Shown here: one piece after another, positions 1 to 11,887 of the stretch
Numbering within the stretch: position 1 is the first letter of the stretch
How the letters are laid out: each line of letters starts with the position of its first letter
Assembly: GCA_965287045.1 (NCBI GenBank)
Contig: OZ336874.1
Coordinates: 60,884,001 to 60,948,000, forward strand
Length of the DNA stretch: 64,000 nucleotides
Source of the DNA: Carcharhinus amblyrhynchos
Lineage: Eukaryota
Direction: 5' to 3'
The notes under the pieces: generated by a model
Seen by the model: the letters and a program-made list of their open reading frames with translations, nothing else
What the model was told of the DNA's origin: nothing
Databases searched by the model: none
Position numbers and translations under genes: made by a program

Positions 1-179
1 AATACTTCAAGTTAAAACCTTCCATGCCCCACCTCTGTCTTCATCCGAATACTCAAAATTCGAATTTTGCTCAAGAGATGCTGCTCGAGGTAGGTATTTC
101 CAGCATTTTCCATTTTACTATAACGGGGAGAAGCTACTTTTCTGGTTTGATATGATGGACTGAGGTATGACTTCTGTAC

Positions 180-659
180 CATGAGGGGGTTGAGCTACGA
201 GGAGAGGCTGAATAAACTAGGCTTGTACTCGTTAGAGTTTAGAAGAATGAGGGGAGATCTCATTGAGACGTATAAGATGATGAATGGGATGGATAGGATA
301 GAGGTGGAAAGACTCTTCCCGCTCAAAAAAGACAGTAGGACTAGGGGGCACAGCCTCAAGATAAAGGGGGGGCAGTTCAGAACGGAGTTGAGGAGGAACT
401 TCTTCACTCAAAGGGTGGTGAATCTCTGGAATTCTCTGCCCGTTGAAGTGGTGGAGGCTGCCTCGCTAAATATTTTTAAGAAGCGGGTTGATGGGTTTTT
501 GATAAGAGAGGGGATTAAGGGTTATGGGGAGAGGGCAGGAAAGTGGAACTGAGCCACGACAGATCAGCCATGATCTTATTGAATGGCGGGGCAGGCTCGA
601 AGGGCCAGATGGCCTACTCCTGCTCCTATTTCTTATGTTCTTATGTTCTTATGTTCTTA
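180..659 (+). mobile_element. Young 5'-truncated CR1 LINE (ORF2 C-terminus, 3' UTR, (TTCTTATG)n tail)
   Basis: ORF 181-552 (YEERL..LGLYSLE.RRMRGDLIE...FFTQRVVNLWNSLP). Near-identical to the 3' end of the 27494-29110 copy. Octamer tail at about 630-659. Confidence 0.95.
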
Positions 660-1039
660 GGTGTTGTCCCTTATGAACTGTGTGATCAGTATAGGACTAT
701 TCTCAGAATCCAACCAACCAGACAGCCTCATCAAGACCAAGATCATCTTTAGCTTGGAAGAGACAGCTCCATCTCTCCCATCCCCACTACTCCGCCAACC
801 AGAGCGCTGGCCTTTCCCAGAGACTTTCAGCTTGTCCTCTCCCACTGCTAGGCTGGCAATGGTGGTGACTGAAGCACGAACTTCACCATTGTGTCCTATA
901 TAGAGGACCACCAGGTAATTGATCTTGAAGGAAAATAAATAGGTAACATGAAGATGGTATGGCTGTCTGCATTACTTTAAAAGGAGGTCGGTTAACTGCA
1001 TATCACAATCTCCCTTTCCGCTTTCACAGGCTACATTCT

Positions 1040-1761
1040 TTAAGCGTCACACAAATGCCAGCCAATGACCATCACCAATAAGAGACACTAACCACTACCC
1101 CTTGATATTCACTAGTGTTCTCATCGCTGAATCTGCCACTGCCAACATCCTTGGGGTTACCATTGGATTCATCACATAAAAACAATAGCTACAAGAGCAG
1201 GTCAGAGGCTTGGAATACTGCCATGAGTAACTCACCTCCTGACTCCCCAGCCACCATCTACAAGACATAAGTCAGGAATGTGATGGAATATTCCGCCTAG
1301 CCTAGATGGGTGCAACTCCAACACCACTCAAGAAGCTTGACACCATCCAGGACAAAGCAGCCCGCTTGATTGGCATCACGTCCACAAACATCCACTCCCA
1401 CCACCACCGATGTTGAGTTGCAGTACTGTGTACCATCTAGAAGATACACAGTAGCAAATCACCAAAGATCACGACCACTTCCATCTAAAAGGACAAGGAC
1501 AGCAGATTCATGGGAACACCACCACCTGCAAGTTCCCCTCCAAACCACTCACCATTCTGAAAATACATTGCAGTTTCTTTGTAGTCGCTGGGTCAAAATC
1601 CTGGGATTCCCTCGCTAAAGGCATTGTGGGTCAACCCACAGCATGTAGACTCTAATGTTTCAAGAAGACTGCTCGCCACCACCTTCTCAAGCGCAACCAG
1701 GGATGGGCAATAAATGCTGGCCAGCCAGCAATGCTCATATCCCACAAACCAATAAAAAAAA
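1040..1761 (+). mobile_element. 3' fragment of a second CR1-like LINE family (family B), degenerate
   Basis: Same sequence type recurs at 50000-50520 (+), 52000-52830 (-) and 63515-64000 (-). Ends ...ATCCCACAAACCAATAAAAAAAA. Confidence 0.7.
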
Positions 1762-1993
1762 GTGGTATGGCAACAGCTACAAATTTTGTTGTGTCTTACA
1801 ACTAATGCTAACTAGTTTCTATTTAGTTTTTATTTTTTGGTTGTAAATAATTAACTTAACAATGCACAATTTTAAAAAAATGGCTTTCATCATTTCCAGC
1901 AAGCCAGTTAATTTAACTGGTCTCATTTGCAAAATTCAATTCCATATGTCCTTTGACAAAAGCTATAGATCCTTTTCATTTCTCAGATCCCTA

Positions 1994-2372
1994 AAGAACA
2001 TAAGAACATAAAGCTCTAAGACAAGGGGCCAGATTTTCCTCCTAAAAGCAGGAGTTGAAAGGAGGAATCAATTCCATGTCACATCCCCAGCCTGCCATGA
2101 AACACGATATAAAAATAAGAACTAGGAGCAGGAGTAGGTCATCTGATCCTTCGAGCCTGCTCCACCATTCAATAAGATCATGGCTGATCTTTTCGTGGAC
2201 TCCGCTCCATTTACCCGCTCGCTCAGCGTAAGCCTTAATTCCTTTACTATTTAAAAATTTTTCTACCCTTGCCTTAGAAACATTCAATGAGGTAGCCTCA
2301 ATTGCTTCACTTGTCAGGGAATTCCACCGATTCACAATCCTTTGTGTGAAGTTCCTCCTCAACTCAGTCCTC
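1994..2372 (-). mobile_element. CR1 3' end, interrupted at about 2013-2108
   Basis: LRTELRRNFTQRIVNRWNSL in ORF 2042-2497; AGAACATA tail at 1994-2010. Confidence 0.85.
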
Positions 2373-3789
2373 AGTCCTTGGGTATTTACCCAAGTAAAGT
2401 GGATAATAACAGGGGATAGAATTGCAGGAGTTAGAGGGCAGGAGTTCAAAAGGAGAAGAATGAATGTCACATTTACACACCAAAAGGGGAAGCTCATGTA
2501 AAAAAAAAGTCAGTAAGATAGACTTCTAAGACAAGTAATACAGATAAGATCAAAAGGAATGAACAGTATTATCAATGGCAGGGTTGGTTTTATAGTGAGG
2601 CCAAGAGCTGATGGTGGAAAGGATCACAGCCACACCAAGCTAGAAGCTAAGCTCTCTCCAAAACATGGACACTGCTGTTTAAACCTTTGGTGCTTGCTAC
2701 TCTAAACCAGGTGATGTTATTGCTGGATTTGGCAAATGTTAAAATCTACTGGATGTTGTTTTGGGGAGGTATATCTCAGATTAGGAAAGCAGTGAAATTT
2801 GGAAGAGGGTTAATTTGAATGTATGTTGTGTGTAGGTATATTTTCTGTTCTGTATTGCTGCCTTTTGCTTGTTTATTTTATAAGTTAAATAAGCATTTCT
2901 AATTTGATTGATTACCACAAGACTGAACCTTCCTCACTGAGTTTCATCTCTTCCCTCACATTAAAATGTAAATTAAATAGCAAAGAACTGGTGTTTCAGG
3001 TTTCCCTTCTGGGACTTGCAATATTCTCATATTTAGCTTCAGAGGGGTTCTTAGCATGATGGTTGACTTCACTTCCTCATCCCTAGATCTTGTCACTCTA
3101 CCCCCTCCCCCATTTTTGCCAGCCTCTTTTTTTTAAACAATTCCATTTGCCTTCCTCAATCTATCTCACTTCCTATATATTATTTACATGCACTTTATAT
3201 TTCTTGGCTTTGATTCAATGTGGTTCGGTGAGGATTCTTCAATCTGATTGATCAAATAATCACACCGTTTCCTGCGCTTCTCACAGAGACCACAGATACA
3301 TTGCGCAGGGTTATCAAGCTGTATCAGAGCAAGTCTTCGATCAGAACCCGGAGTCTGTGGTTAGCTGACAACAAGTTGAATAAATAAATGTTTATTCATC
3401 TTTGCTGGTCACAATATCTGGTACCATATGACTACATGTAGAAAATCCAACTTTCTGAATTTTTAAATTAATTTTCTTATCCAAATAAAAGATCTGCTCA
3501 GATAACTTGCCCTAAAATTGAAAATTGATTGATTGATTAATTAATTAATTACAGCCCCTACTCAATAACAAGTACCTGAAATTGTGCAAAAGTTTATTTA
3601 TACAGCAATTCTTTAATTCATGTTGCCAGAAAACCTTTGAGAACTTTCAGTCAAAGGTGAGGAATTTGGGGCATAATTTTCTCTCCTCACCCCCAGAGTG
3701 GCAATTCCAACAGGAAAAGACCTTTTTCCTGCTGAATTTGTAAACACTAGAGGGGAAAATATTCCTAAGGTGGGTCCCATGACATCATT

Positions 3790-4210
3790 AAGTTTGTTTA
3801 TTTATTAGTATCACAAATAAGCCTACATTAACAGTGCAATGAAGTTACTGTGAAAATTCCCAATCCGCCACACCCGGCACCTGTTCGCATATGCTGAGGA
3901 AGAATTTAACACAGCCAATGCACCTAACCAGCACGTCTTTTGGACTGTGGTAGGAAACCAGAACACTTGGAGGAAACCCACACAGACAGGGGGAGAACAT
4001 GCAGACCTCATTTCTCCCACGGATTGTAAACCCTGCCAACGTGCAATCACATCAGCTTGGAAGTGGGGGGAGTATCCCTGCATGGTGAGGGGGGGGAACA
4101 AGGGACGAATGATGCAGTGGGGAAGCCCCTAATTCCCAAGCCAGGAATTGAACCTGGGTCCTTAGCATTGTGAGGAAGCAGTGCCTCACACTGTGCCACC
4201 ATGCTGCCCC
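3790..4210 (-). mobile_element. tRNA-derived V-SINE/HE1-type SINE with an insert of about 125 nt
   Basis: Minus-strand head GGGCAGCATGGTGGCACAGTG with B-box GGTTCAATTCC; V-domain-like core (TGTTCTCCCCC.TGTCTG.GTGGGTTTCCTCC); (AATA)n-like tail. Homologous to copies at 10700, 36113 and 55503. Confidence 0.85.
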
Positions 4211-5345
4211 ACATGCTGGTGGGGTGAGCTCATTCAAGAACACTCTACCCTCCCCCCATCCAGGGATATCCTCTCTGCTCCCAACCAAACCCTGAACTTC
4301 AGAAATGGAATACACTTCCCCCTCCACCCCCATGTCTGGGTACAACTGGGGCATGCCCCTTTCACCAAGTCCCCATTTCACCCATGTATTGTAAACCCTG
4401 TCAATGTCCCATCACATCAGCTGGGAGGAGTATCGTAGCATAGTGAGAGGGGTGGGGGCAAATGATGCAGCAGGAAAGAACGCTAATTATATTTAAATGT
4501 ACAGTAATGGGGTTCCCAGTCTTCTGTGCTGGAAACTCCCTTATTTGATTGGCAGGGGATGGGGATCTTCTCAACAGGAAATCCTGCCAGCAGAAATGGG
4601 GCTTTGGAATTGCCATTAGATTCTCTGTTCTTCAGGCTTTTCTGCCTGTCAAAAATGGGAGTGGAAAATCCAGCCCCTCCCTCCAACTTCTGTTGGAAAG
4701 TAGAACACAAATTATACATTACTCCTGTGTCAGAATTCACTTTTCCTATTCAAGATTTACTCTCTCATTTAAGGATTCTCATGCTTCCTCCACAATGGCC
4801 CATAACATCCTCGGACTGGCAATCATCAGCAGATTGCCACTCCGTAGGAACCTTCACTGGAATTTCAAAGTCCCTGTCTTGTCCAACCTTTCTCATCTTC
4901 ATCGGTTAAGACAGGAACAGTGAAGCGTGCCCCTGACTGCAGCAGCATGGTGTAAGTGCTGGGAAGGAGGACACTAAACAAAATAACGTAACTCAGGCTA
5001 AGAATCATTGAAATGTTTATCAATAGTAAAATCAGCTGTATGGGTTTGTTCCTGAAAGGCCTACAGATGCAAGTTCTGTTCCAGAGAACCTGATGAAAGT
5101 GAAGTGGACTGCCTTTTACAGTGAGTGATAGTGCAAATTTGAGGACCCTCATAATTGTTCACTATAATAATTTAATTATAATATTGTGCCATCTCACACT
5201 TCACAAAAAGACTTTACAATTTTAACACTATAATAAATTAACTAAGTGTCTCAGAAAAAAAGAGGTACAAGAGGAAAAGCAAAACTAAAACTCATCTTAA
5301 AAGCACAGATCAAAAATAAACATAAAAATAAACGAAATGACTCAC

Positions 5346-5455
5346 ATCATCTTCATAACGGATATGGATGTTGGTAATTTTGACCTGCAAATTCTTAACA
5401 ACCTGAGTAATTAATTTTTCAACGAAAGTATCTTGCTTTTCTTCTTTTGGATTTT
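5346..5455 (-). CDS. VPS13A: VPS13A exon 6, 110 nt: (E)NPKEEKQDTFVEKLITQVVKNLQVKITNIHIRYEDD
   Basis: ttttcacag|AAAATCC...GATGAT|gtgagt. KQDTF and HIRYEDD as in VPS13A. The five exons splice into one open frame. Confidence 0.93.
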
Positions 5456-5922
5456 CTGTGAAAATGAAATGCAATTTTAATTGCAGTTGTAATCACATGA
5501 CTACATTTCATGCATTTTCCTCCAAGTATCCATTTTTTGCAAATGTTCCGGCAGGAAGGAACTTCTTCAATCGCTATCATAAAACATCCAATGGTTTTCA
5601 ATATCATCGGATCATAGAATGTGGCACCAAAGTTTACATGAGTGATTCTCTGGTCCCGCGAGCTCAGGTGCAGAGTGCACCAAGGCTGCACAGGGTCAAA
5701 GAATTAAGGAGAAGTGGCCTAGTACATTTAATGTTGGTGAGAACCCCCTATTGGATTCTCCCCACCTGGATATATTCATTTAAATATGCTTAGTCAGTGT
5801 CAAGTCGGATTCTCCAACCCTTGGCCACAGCCGAAACCCAGGGTGAATCACTACTGGCTGGCAATTTATGTTGGGGGAATGGGACAGGACAAAACATGCC
5901 ATCACTGGTGGTGGTGGGGGGC

Positions 5923-5945
5923 AGAGAGAGAGAGAGAGAGAGGAA
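5923..5945. repeat. (GA)n microsatellite
   Basis: agagagagagagagagag seen directly. Confidence 0.9.
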
Positions 5946-6309
5946 GAGAAAAAGAGGGTGGTATCCCTATGTCAATGGAGTCTTCACTTTCACTTTGTGT
6001 AGTTTTGAAAGGTGCCCCTATCTCATCGATCTCTGTGAAACTGGGTTTGCTGGCAAGTTAAGGCAACGTTCCTCTCTGAACTGGAGCAAAACTCACCCCG
6101 TCCCAAAAAATAACTAAATGCAGGAAGATTACCATCAGATTTGCACCACCAGTTTCCTTGCCAAGAACGACAGTCATTTTTTTGGGAAAATTCTACCCGA
6201 CATGTCACAAGTGCATACTAAAAAAAATCACCTCCCCATATCTTAAGACAATGAATTCAAAGGTTAACAGAGCTTCAACATTTTAGGCCAGTTTGCAACT
6301 AAAGTACCT

Positions 6310-7025
6310 CATAAGAACATAAGAAATAGGAGCAGGAGTAGGCCATCTAGCCCTTCAAGCCTGCCCCGCCATTCAATAAGATCATGGCTGATCTGTCGTG
6401 GCTCAGTTACACTTTCCTGCCCTCTCCCCATAACCCTTAATCCCCTCTCTTATCAAAAACCCATCAACCCGCGTCTTAAAAATATTTAGCGAGGCAGCCT
6501 CCACCACTTCAACAGGCAGAGAATTCCAGAGATTCACCACCCTTTGAGTGAAGAAGTTCCTCCTCAACTCCGTTCTAAACCACCCCCCCTTTATCTTGAG
6601 GCTGTGCCCCCTAGTCCTACTGTCTTTTTTGAGTGGGAAGAGTCTCTCCACCTCTATCCTATCCATCCCATTCATCATCTTATACATCTCAATGAGATCT
6701 CCCCTCATTCTTCTAAACTCTAACGAGTACAAGCCTTGTTTATTCAGCCTCTCCTCATAGCTCAACCCCCTCAACTCTGGTATCAGCCTAGTAAACCTCC
6801 TCTGCACTCCCTCCAAGGCCAAAATATCTTTGCACAGGTGCGGCGCCCAAAACTGCACACAGTACTCCAGCTGCGGCCTCACCAATGCCCTATACAGCTG
6901 CAGCAAGACCTTCCTACTTTTATATTCAATCCCCCTCGCTATGAAGGCCAGCATCCCATTCACCTTCCTGACCACCTGCTGCACCTGCAAGCTGGGTTTT
7001 TGCGACTCATGCACAAGGACCCCGA
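6310..7025 (-). mobile_element. Young 5'-truncated CR1 LINE
   Basis: Uninterrupted 203-aa ORF 6403-7014 (LYRALVRPQLEYCVQFW) and a tail at 6310-6325. Confidence 0.95.
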
Positions 7026-8389
7026 GAATTGTAAATTATTAAAATATACTATTAAGTTGTAGATACAACATAAGAAGATGTACAAGACCATAATACGCTC
7101 TTCATTTTTCACAAATGTAATTTTTTTCAAAATACAAGTCTTCTTTTCCAATGATTTATATTTCAGAACTAGATAGTAAATTATATTCTCACATATAAAG
7201 GCTACTTTCATAAAATTTGGTTCAAAAACTATTAAAACATTGCAGCATCAGAGTAGCATACGCTTTTCAAAACATTTAGAAAACATGCGTTTTCCCACGG
7301 GTAAATGGTACTGATGTGCTGTGGTACTGATCTTCCAAAAGCAGAAACACTATGGATGGAATCCCTGGTACGTGGCGAGTTGACTGATTTGCTGCAGGTA
7401 GCAAATGGGGATGAATTTTCTGACGATTGTCGTTTCCCCATAAGGAAAATAATCCAATCATCAAGAAGTACATTTGTTGAGAGAGGGCAGACAGTATTTT
7501 AAGCTCTTTCTGTGGTGAGTTTGAAAGTGGAAAAGGCATGCAATTGGGTGGAATGGTGAAGGACGTGGACCCCACCATCTTCTCATCTCCACTCTAATTA
7601 TGGCAGGAAGGATCATGGCAAGAAGGTCCATGGATGGCCTTCATGCTCAATTGAGACCCTTAAGTGGGTAACTAATGCCCTCATTCCACCTGCTTGGCAA
7701 ACAGGCTTGATGCCACTTGGAGAGCATGACAAGCAAACCTGTGGGCTCTGTGGGTTTACTCATTCCAAGGCACTTGGTACCTGATCGAGCGATCTTGAAT
7801 CACCCTGCTGCCCTTACTGGAGATCTTCTACACTGTGACCCCACCCTTTAATTACTTATCACTGACCTGGGCTGCTCCAAGATCATGGGACTCCAGTGAG
7901 TGCATTTCCTGTAGCAACCACTGCTTAGCAAAAAGTCTGCTAGCCTCTGACGGTCAGCAATTCTTGGTAGGCAGTATTTCCCACCCCTTGTATTCTGATC
8001 CTGTGGAAAATCACCTGATGCCCTGTTAATTACCTCGCTGGCTCACAATTCTGCAGACGTTCCCCACTGGGAGCAACGCTGGTCTCTCGCCAGCTCAGAT
8101 TCTGGCAGTGACAATCCCTATCAGTTCCATTAAAATCCTGGGGAGTGTTTAAGTTGTTTTACTCAAGTGGAAAAGAAAATTAATCTGCAATCCAAAAGTG
8201 ACATCATTCAAAGTACCAAATGGAAAAAGCAGCTTATGTAATTAATAATAAACCAAGAAAATGTGAATGCTGGAATCTGAAACAAAAAAAGACAAAATAC
8301 ACAGCAGGTTATACAAATCTATGGAGTGAACAGAGAGTAGACATGTTTAATTCAAACAGCGCTTCAAAACTGAGTCACTGTTTCATAAG

Positions 8390-9628
8390 GACATAAGAAC
8401 ATAAGAAATAGGAGCAGGAGTAGGCCATTTAGCCCTTCGAGCCTGCCCTGCCATTCAATAAAATCATGGCTGATCTGAAGTGGATCAGTTCCACTTTCCC
8501 GTTTTCTCCCCATAACCCTTAATTCCCTTGTCTGTCAAAAACCTATCTACCCGTGACTTAAATATATTTAACGAGGTAGCCTCCATCACTTCAACGGGCA
8601 GAGAATTCCAGAGATTCACCACCCTTTGAGTGAAGAAGTTCCTCCTCAACTCTGATCTAAACTGCCCCCCCCAACCCCCCTTATCTCGAGGCTGTGCCCT
8701 CTAGTCCTGCTATCCTTTCTAAGCAGGAAGAATCTCTCTACCTGTACCCTATCCATCCCTTTCATTATCTTATACGTCTCTATAAGATCCCCCCTCATCG
8801 TTCTAAACTCCAACAAGTACAGACCCAGTCTATTTAGTCTCTCTTCATAGGCCAACCCCCTCATCTCCAGTATCAGCCTAGTGAACCTCCTCAGCAGTCC
8901 CTCCAAGGCCAATATATCCCTGCGCAAGTGCGACGACCAAAACTGCACACAGTACTCCAGCTGCGGCCTCACCAGTGCCCTGTACAGTTGCAGCAAGACC
9001 TCCCTGCTTTTATATTCTATCCCCCTCGCTATAAAGGCCAGCATCCCATTCGCCTTCTTGATCACCTGCTGCACCTGCAGACTGGGTTTTTGTGACTCAG
9101 GCACAAGGACCCCCAGGTCCCTCTGCACCGTAGCATGCTGCAGCTTTTCGCCTTTTAAATAGTAATCCCTCCTACTATTATTTCTGCCAAAGTGGATAAC
9201 CTCACACTTGCTAACATTGTACTCCATCTGCCAGGTCCTCGCCCACTAGCTCAGCCTATCCGGATCCCTCTGCAGACTTTCCACACCCTCCACGCAATTT
9301 GCTTTTCCACTCATCTTTGTGTCATCAGCAAATTTCGTCACCCTACACTCAGCCCCCTGCTCCAGATCATCTATATAAATGGTAAATAGCTGAGGCCCCA
9401 GCACCGATCCCTGCAACACTCCACTCGTCACCAACCGCCAATCAGAATAGCACCCATTGATACCAACTCTCTGCCTCCTATTAGACAACCAATCCTCTAT
9501 CCACGCTAACACCTTACTCCCAACTCCATGTACCCTAACCTTCTGAAGCAACGTTCTGTGAGGCACCTTATCAAACGCCTTTTGAAAATTTAGAAATACC
9601 ACATCCACCGATTCCCCTCTGTCTACAA
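8390..9628 (-). mobile_element. 5'-truncated CR1 LINE (RT domain to 3' end)
   Basis: FQKAFDKVPH, QGSVLGP and FADD motifs in ORFs 9246-9650 and 8646-9227; tail at 8390-8410. Confidence 0.95.
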
Positions 9629-9897
9629 CATGCATGATGCGTGATTTCATGCGTGATGCCTCAAATGTTTGCCTTTTCCCCTATTACTCTACCGAGCAAA
9701 CATTCAATACATTTGTATGTGGAGTTGAATATGAGCGAGGGCATATATGGGATTCACACTGGTTTATTTACCAAATGGACATCTTCTCTACAGTATTCTT
9801 TATTTCTCTGCTTTTTTTGTACAATGTTAACACTTGCTGATAAGAACATAAATATTACACATTGATGACTGAGAAGGTAAACATCGGTTCACCATAC

Positions 9898-9999
9898 CTT
9901 TGTCAGCAACCTTTTGCTTAGCATCTTCAATTCTTTGCAATTCTCTCTGCTTCAATTCTTGAAGTTGCAATTCCTCTTTTTCTGCATCATATTCGATAC
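9898..9999 (-). CDS. VPS13A: VPS13A exon 5, 102 nt: (S)IEYDAEKEELQLQELKQRELQRIEDAKQKVADK
   Basis: gttttag|GTATCGAA...GACAAAG|gtatgg. RIEDAKQKV resembles VPS13A (RIEEAKQKV) more than VPS13C (RIEEALQKA). Confidence 0.92.
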
Positions 10000-10699
10000 C
10001 TAAAACACACATTTAAACAGAACTTACAAAACACACTTACCTAAAACACATATTTAAACAGAACTGACAAATACAAGAGTTAGCTGTCATAACAACTTAC
10101 ATAATATGCCTTTACATTTACATCGTTCATTTGGCTAATAAAAAGTGTACATTTTTATTATTCAAAAACTGCACACAAGTATGCTAACTTGTGATTAAAA
10201 GTTCACTTGTACTTCACTTAAAATGTGCTTTAACGAAAAACCACATTGACTCCTGCAAGAATGATATACCCTGTAAATAATTCCTTCTGCAGATTTTCAA
10301 TTTATTAAATCAAAATAATCTAACAAGAATCATTTTACTGTCAGATAGCTTATATCAACTCTCAATTCTACTGTTCTATTTAGAGAAAATAATTAATTCT
10401 ATCTAGCATCTTATTTCATCACATGAAAACAGCTCAACACCCAAAAAATGAATTGCTTAATAACTTTTGCACAGGGAGAAACTACAATAATTATCTCCAG
10501 TTCACATTATAAACACAACACAACTGTTCGTGCAGATCACACAAAAATGTTCATTGCTGAATTAACAATGGAATAGAATCTTTCCTTTGTATACCACAAC
10601 TATACAGCTACCATGGGAAATAGTTTGACTCTCGTGATGAATCTCATTGCTCTTGCTGCATGTTTTACTGTCGCAGGCTACAATTAAACATAGTATGTT

Positions 10700-11020
10700 T
10701 ACTTTTATTTATTCAGTCATAAATAGGCTTATGTTAACACTGCTGTGAAGTTACTGTGAAAATCCCCTAGTCGCCACGCTGCGGCACTTATTTGGGTACA
10801 CTGAGGGAGAATCTAGCATGGCTAATGCACCTAACCAGCACCTCTTTTGGACTGTGGAAGGAAACCGGAGCACCCAGAGGAAACTCATGATTCAAGGGAG
10901 AATGTGCAGACTCCGCACAGACAATGACTCAAGCTGGGAATCGAACCCGGATCCCTGGCTGTGAGGCAGCAGTGCTAACCACTGTGCCACCATGCACTAA
11001 CCACTGTGCCACCATGCTGC
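10700..11020 (-). mobile_element. V-SINE/HE1-type SINE, near full length, with a duplicated head segment
   Basis: B-box GGTTCGATTCC on the minus strand; ctaaccactgtgccaccatgc occurs twice at 10975-11017. Confidence 0.9.
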
Positions 11021-11494
11021 TTATGGATGTGTTCTGACTAGACACACTACAATTGCAACAATCGTGCTGAAACCAATGCTCCAGTGCAATGATGTGGATA
11101 GCAGGTCGACAGGTGACCAATGAACTAAGACACTTTGAAATGAGTGCTGGCGAGGCTGTGAGGGTAGGAATTGGGGTAGTGGCGAGCCTGTGAATCGGGG
11201 CCTGTGGATGGTCTCACCAATGCAAGAGACTATTGAACCAAAACGTCTGCTTTGTTTTTAATTTCACACAGTTCCAATGCAACCTACAGAAGATAAAGCA
11301 ATTCTGAAGGAATAGTTCTGTTCCTTATTCAAGTGCACTATTGAAAGAAAAATAAGCAAATGGTTGCAAACTCAAGTACAGTTTCTAATCAATGAGCTTG
11401 AAATTTATCAGCAATTTTATCCTTGAGCTTGAAATCAATGGTGTTGGTGGGTGCTGCAAAGTTACCATTAGATTCCAGCCTCTAGCCAAAATCG

Positions 11495-11608
11495 AAAACA
11501 AAAACAGGAAATTCTGGAGCATCTCAGCAAGTCATCCAGACTCTAAACGTTGGCTCTATTCTCCCTCTACAGCTGCTGCCAGGCCTGAGATTTTCCAGCA
11601 TTTTGTTT
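11495..11608. repeat. Short imperfect palindromic repeat, probably Penelope-derived
   Basis: aaattctggagcatctcagc ... ctgagattttccagcatttt inverted arms; related half-copies at about 8260-8345 and 75-115. Confidence 0.45.
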
Positions 11609-11847
11609 CTCTTTGAGGCAATTAAAACATCTTGAAAAGAAAAACAACTTTCGTTCTCCCTCCCCTGCAGAACAGTTCAAAAAAAAACTTCTGAATGAAT
11701 TCACAGCAAAAAAAAGGTTCACCTGCCATTCTTTTGATAAACAGAACAAAACTGAAGAACAGAATCGTGAGTGAACATTTCAATGTTTTCACAATTATTG
11801 CCAATCTGTGAAACTAAGACAAATTCTGTAAGAAACAGCAGAGGTAC

Positions 11848-11887
11848 TTCGCCTCTCGGCCTTTTGGCTGAGATCAAGTATAGTATC
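11848..11887 (+). pseudogene. U2 snRNA 5' fragment (nt 1-40) heading a non-U2 sequence
   Basis: ttcgcctctcggccttttggctgagatcaagtatagtatc vs vertebrate U2 ATCGCTTCTCGGCCTTTTGGCTAAGATCAAGTGTAGTATC, 36/40 identical. No Sm site or U2 3' half follows. Confidence 0.9.

Noticed and set aside
630-659. CRISPR-like or satellite array from repeated AGAACATA units
   Set aside because: These are CR1 3' tail octamers with no spacers, in a eukaryotic context.
1-5345. VPS13A exon 7 (PLSFG motif)
   Set aside because: Not recognised by eye; probably beyond the window start.
10930-11020. tRNA gene
   Set aside because: The A/B boxes belong to a SINE head and there is no cloverleaf.
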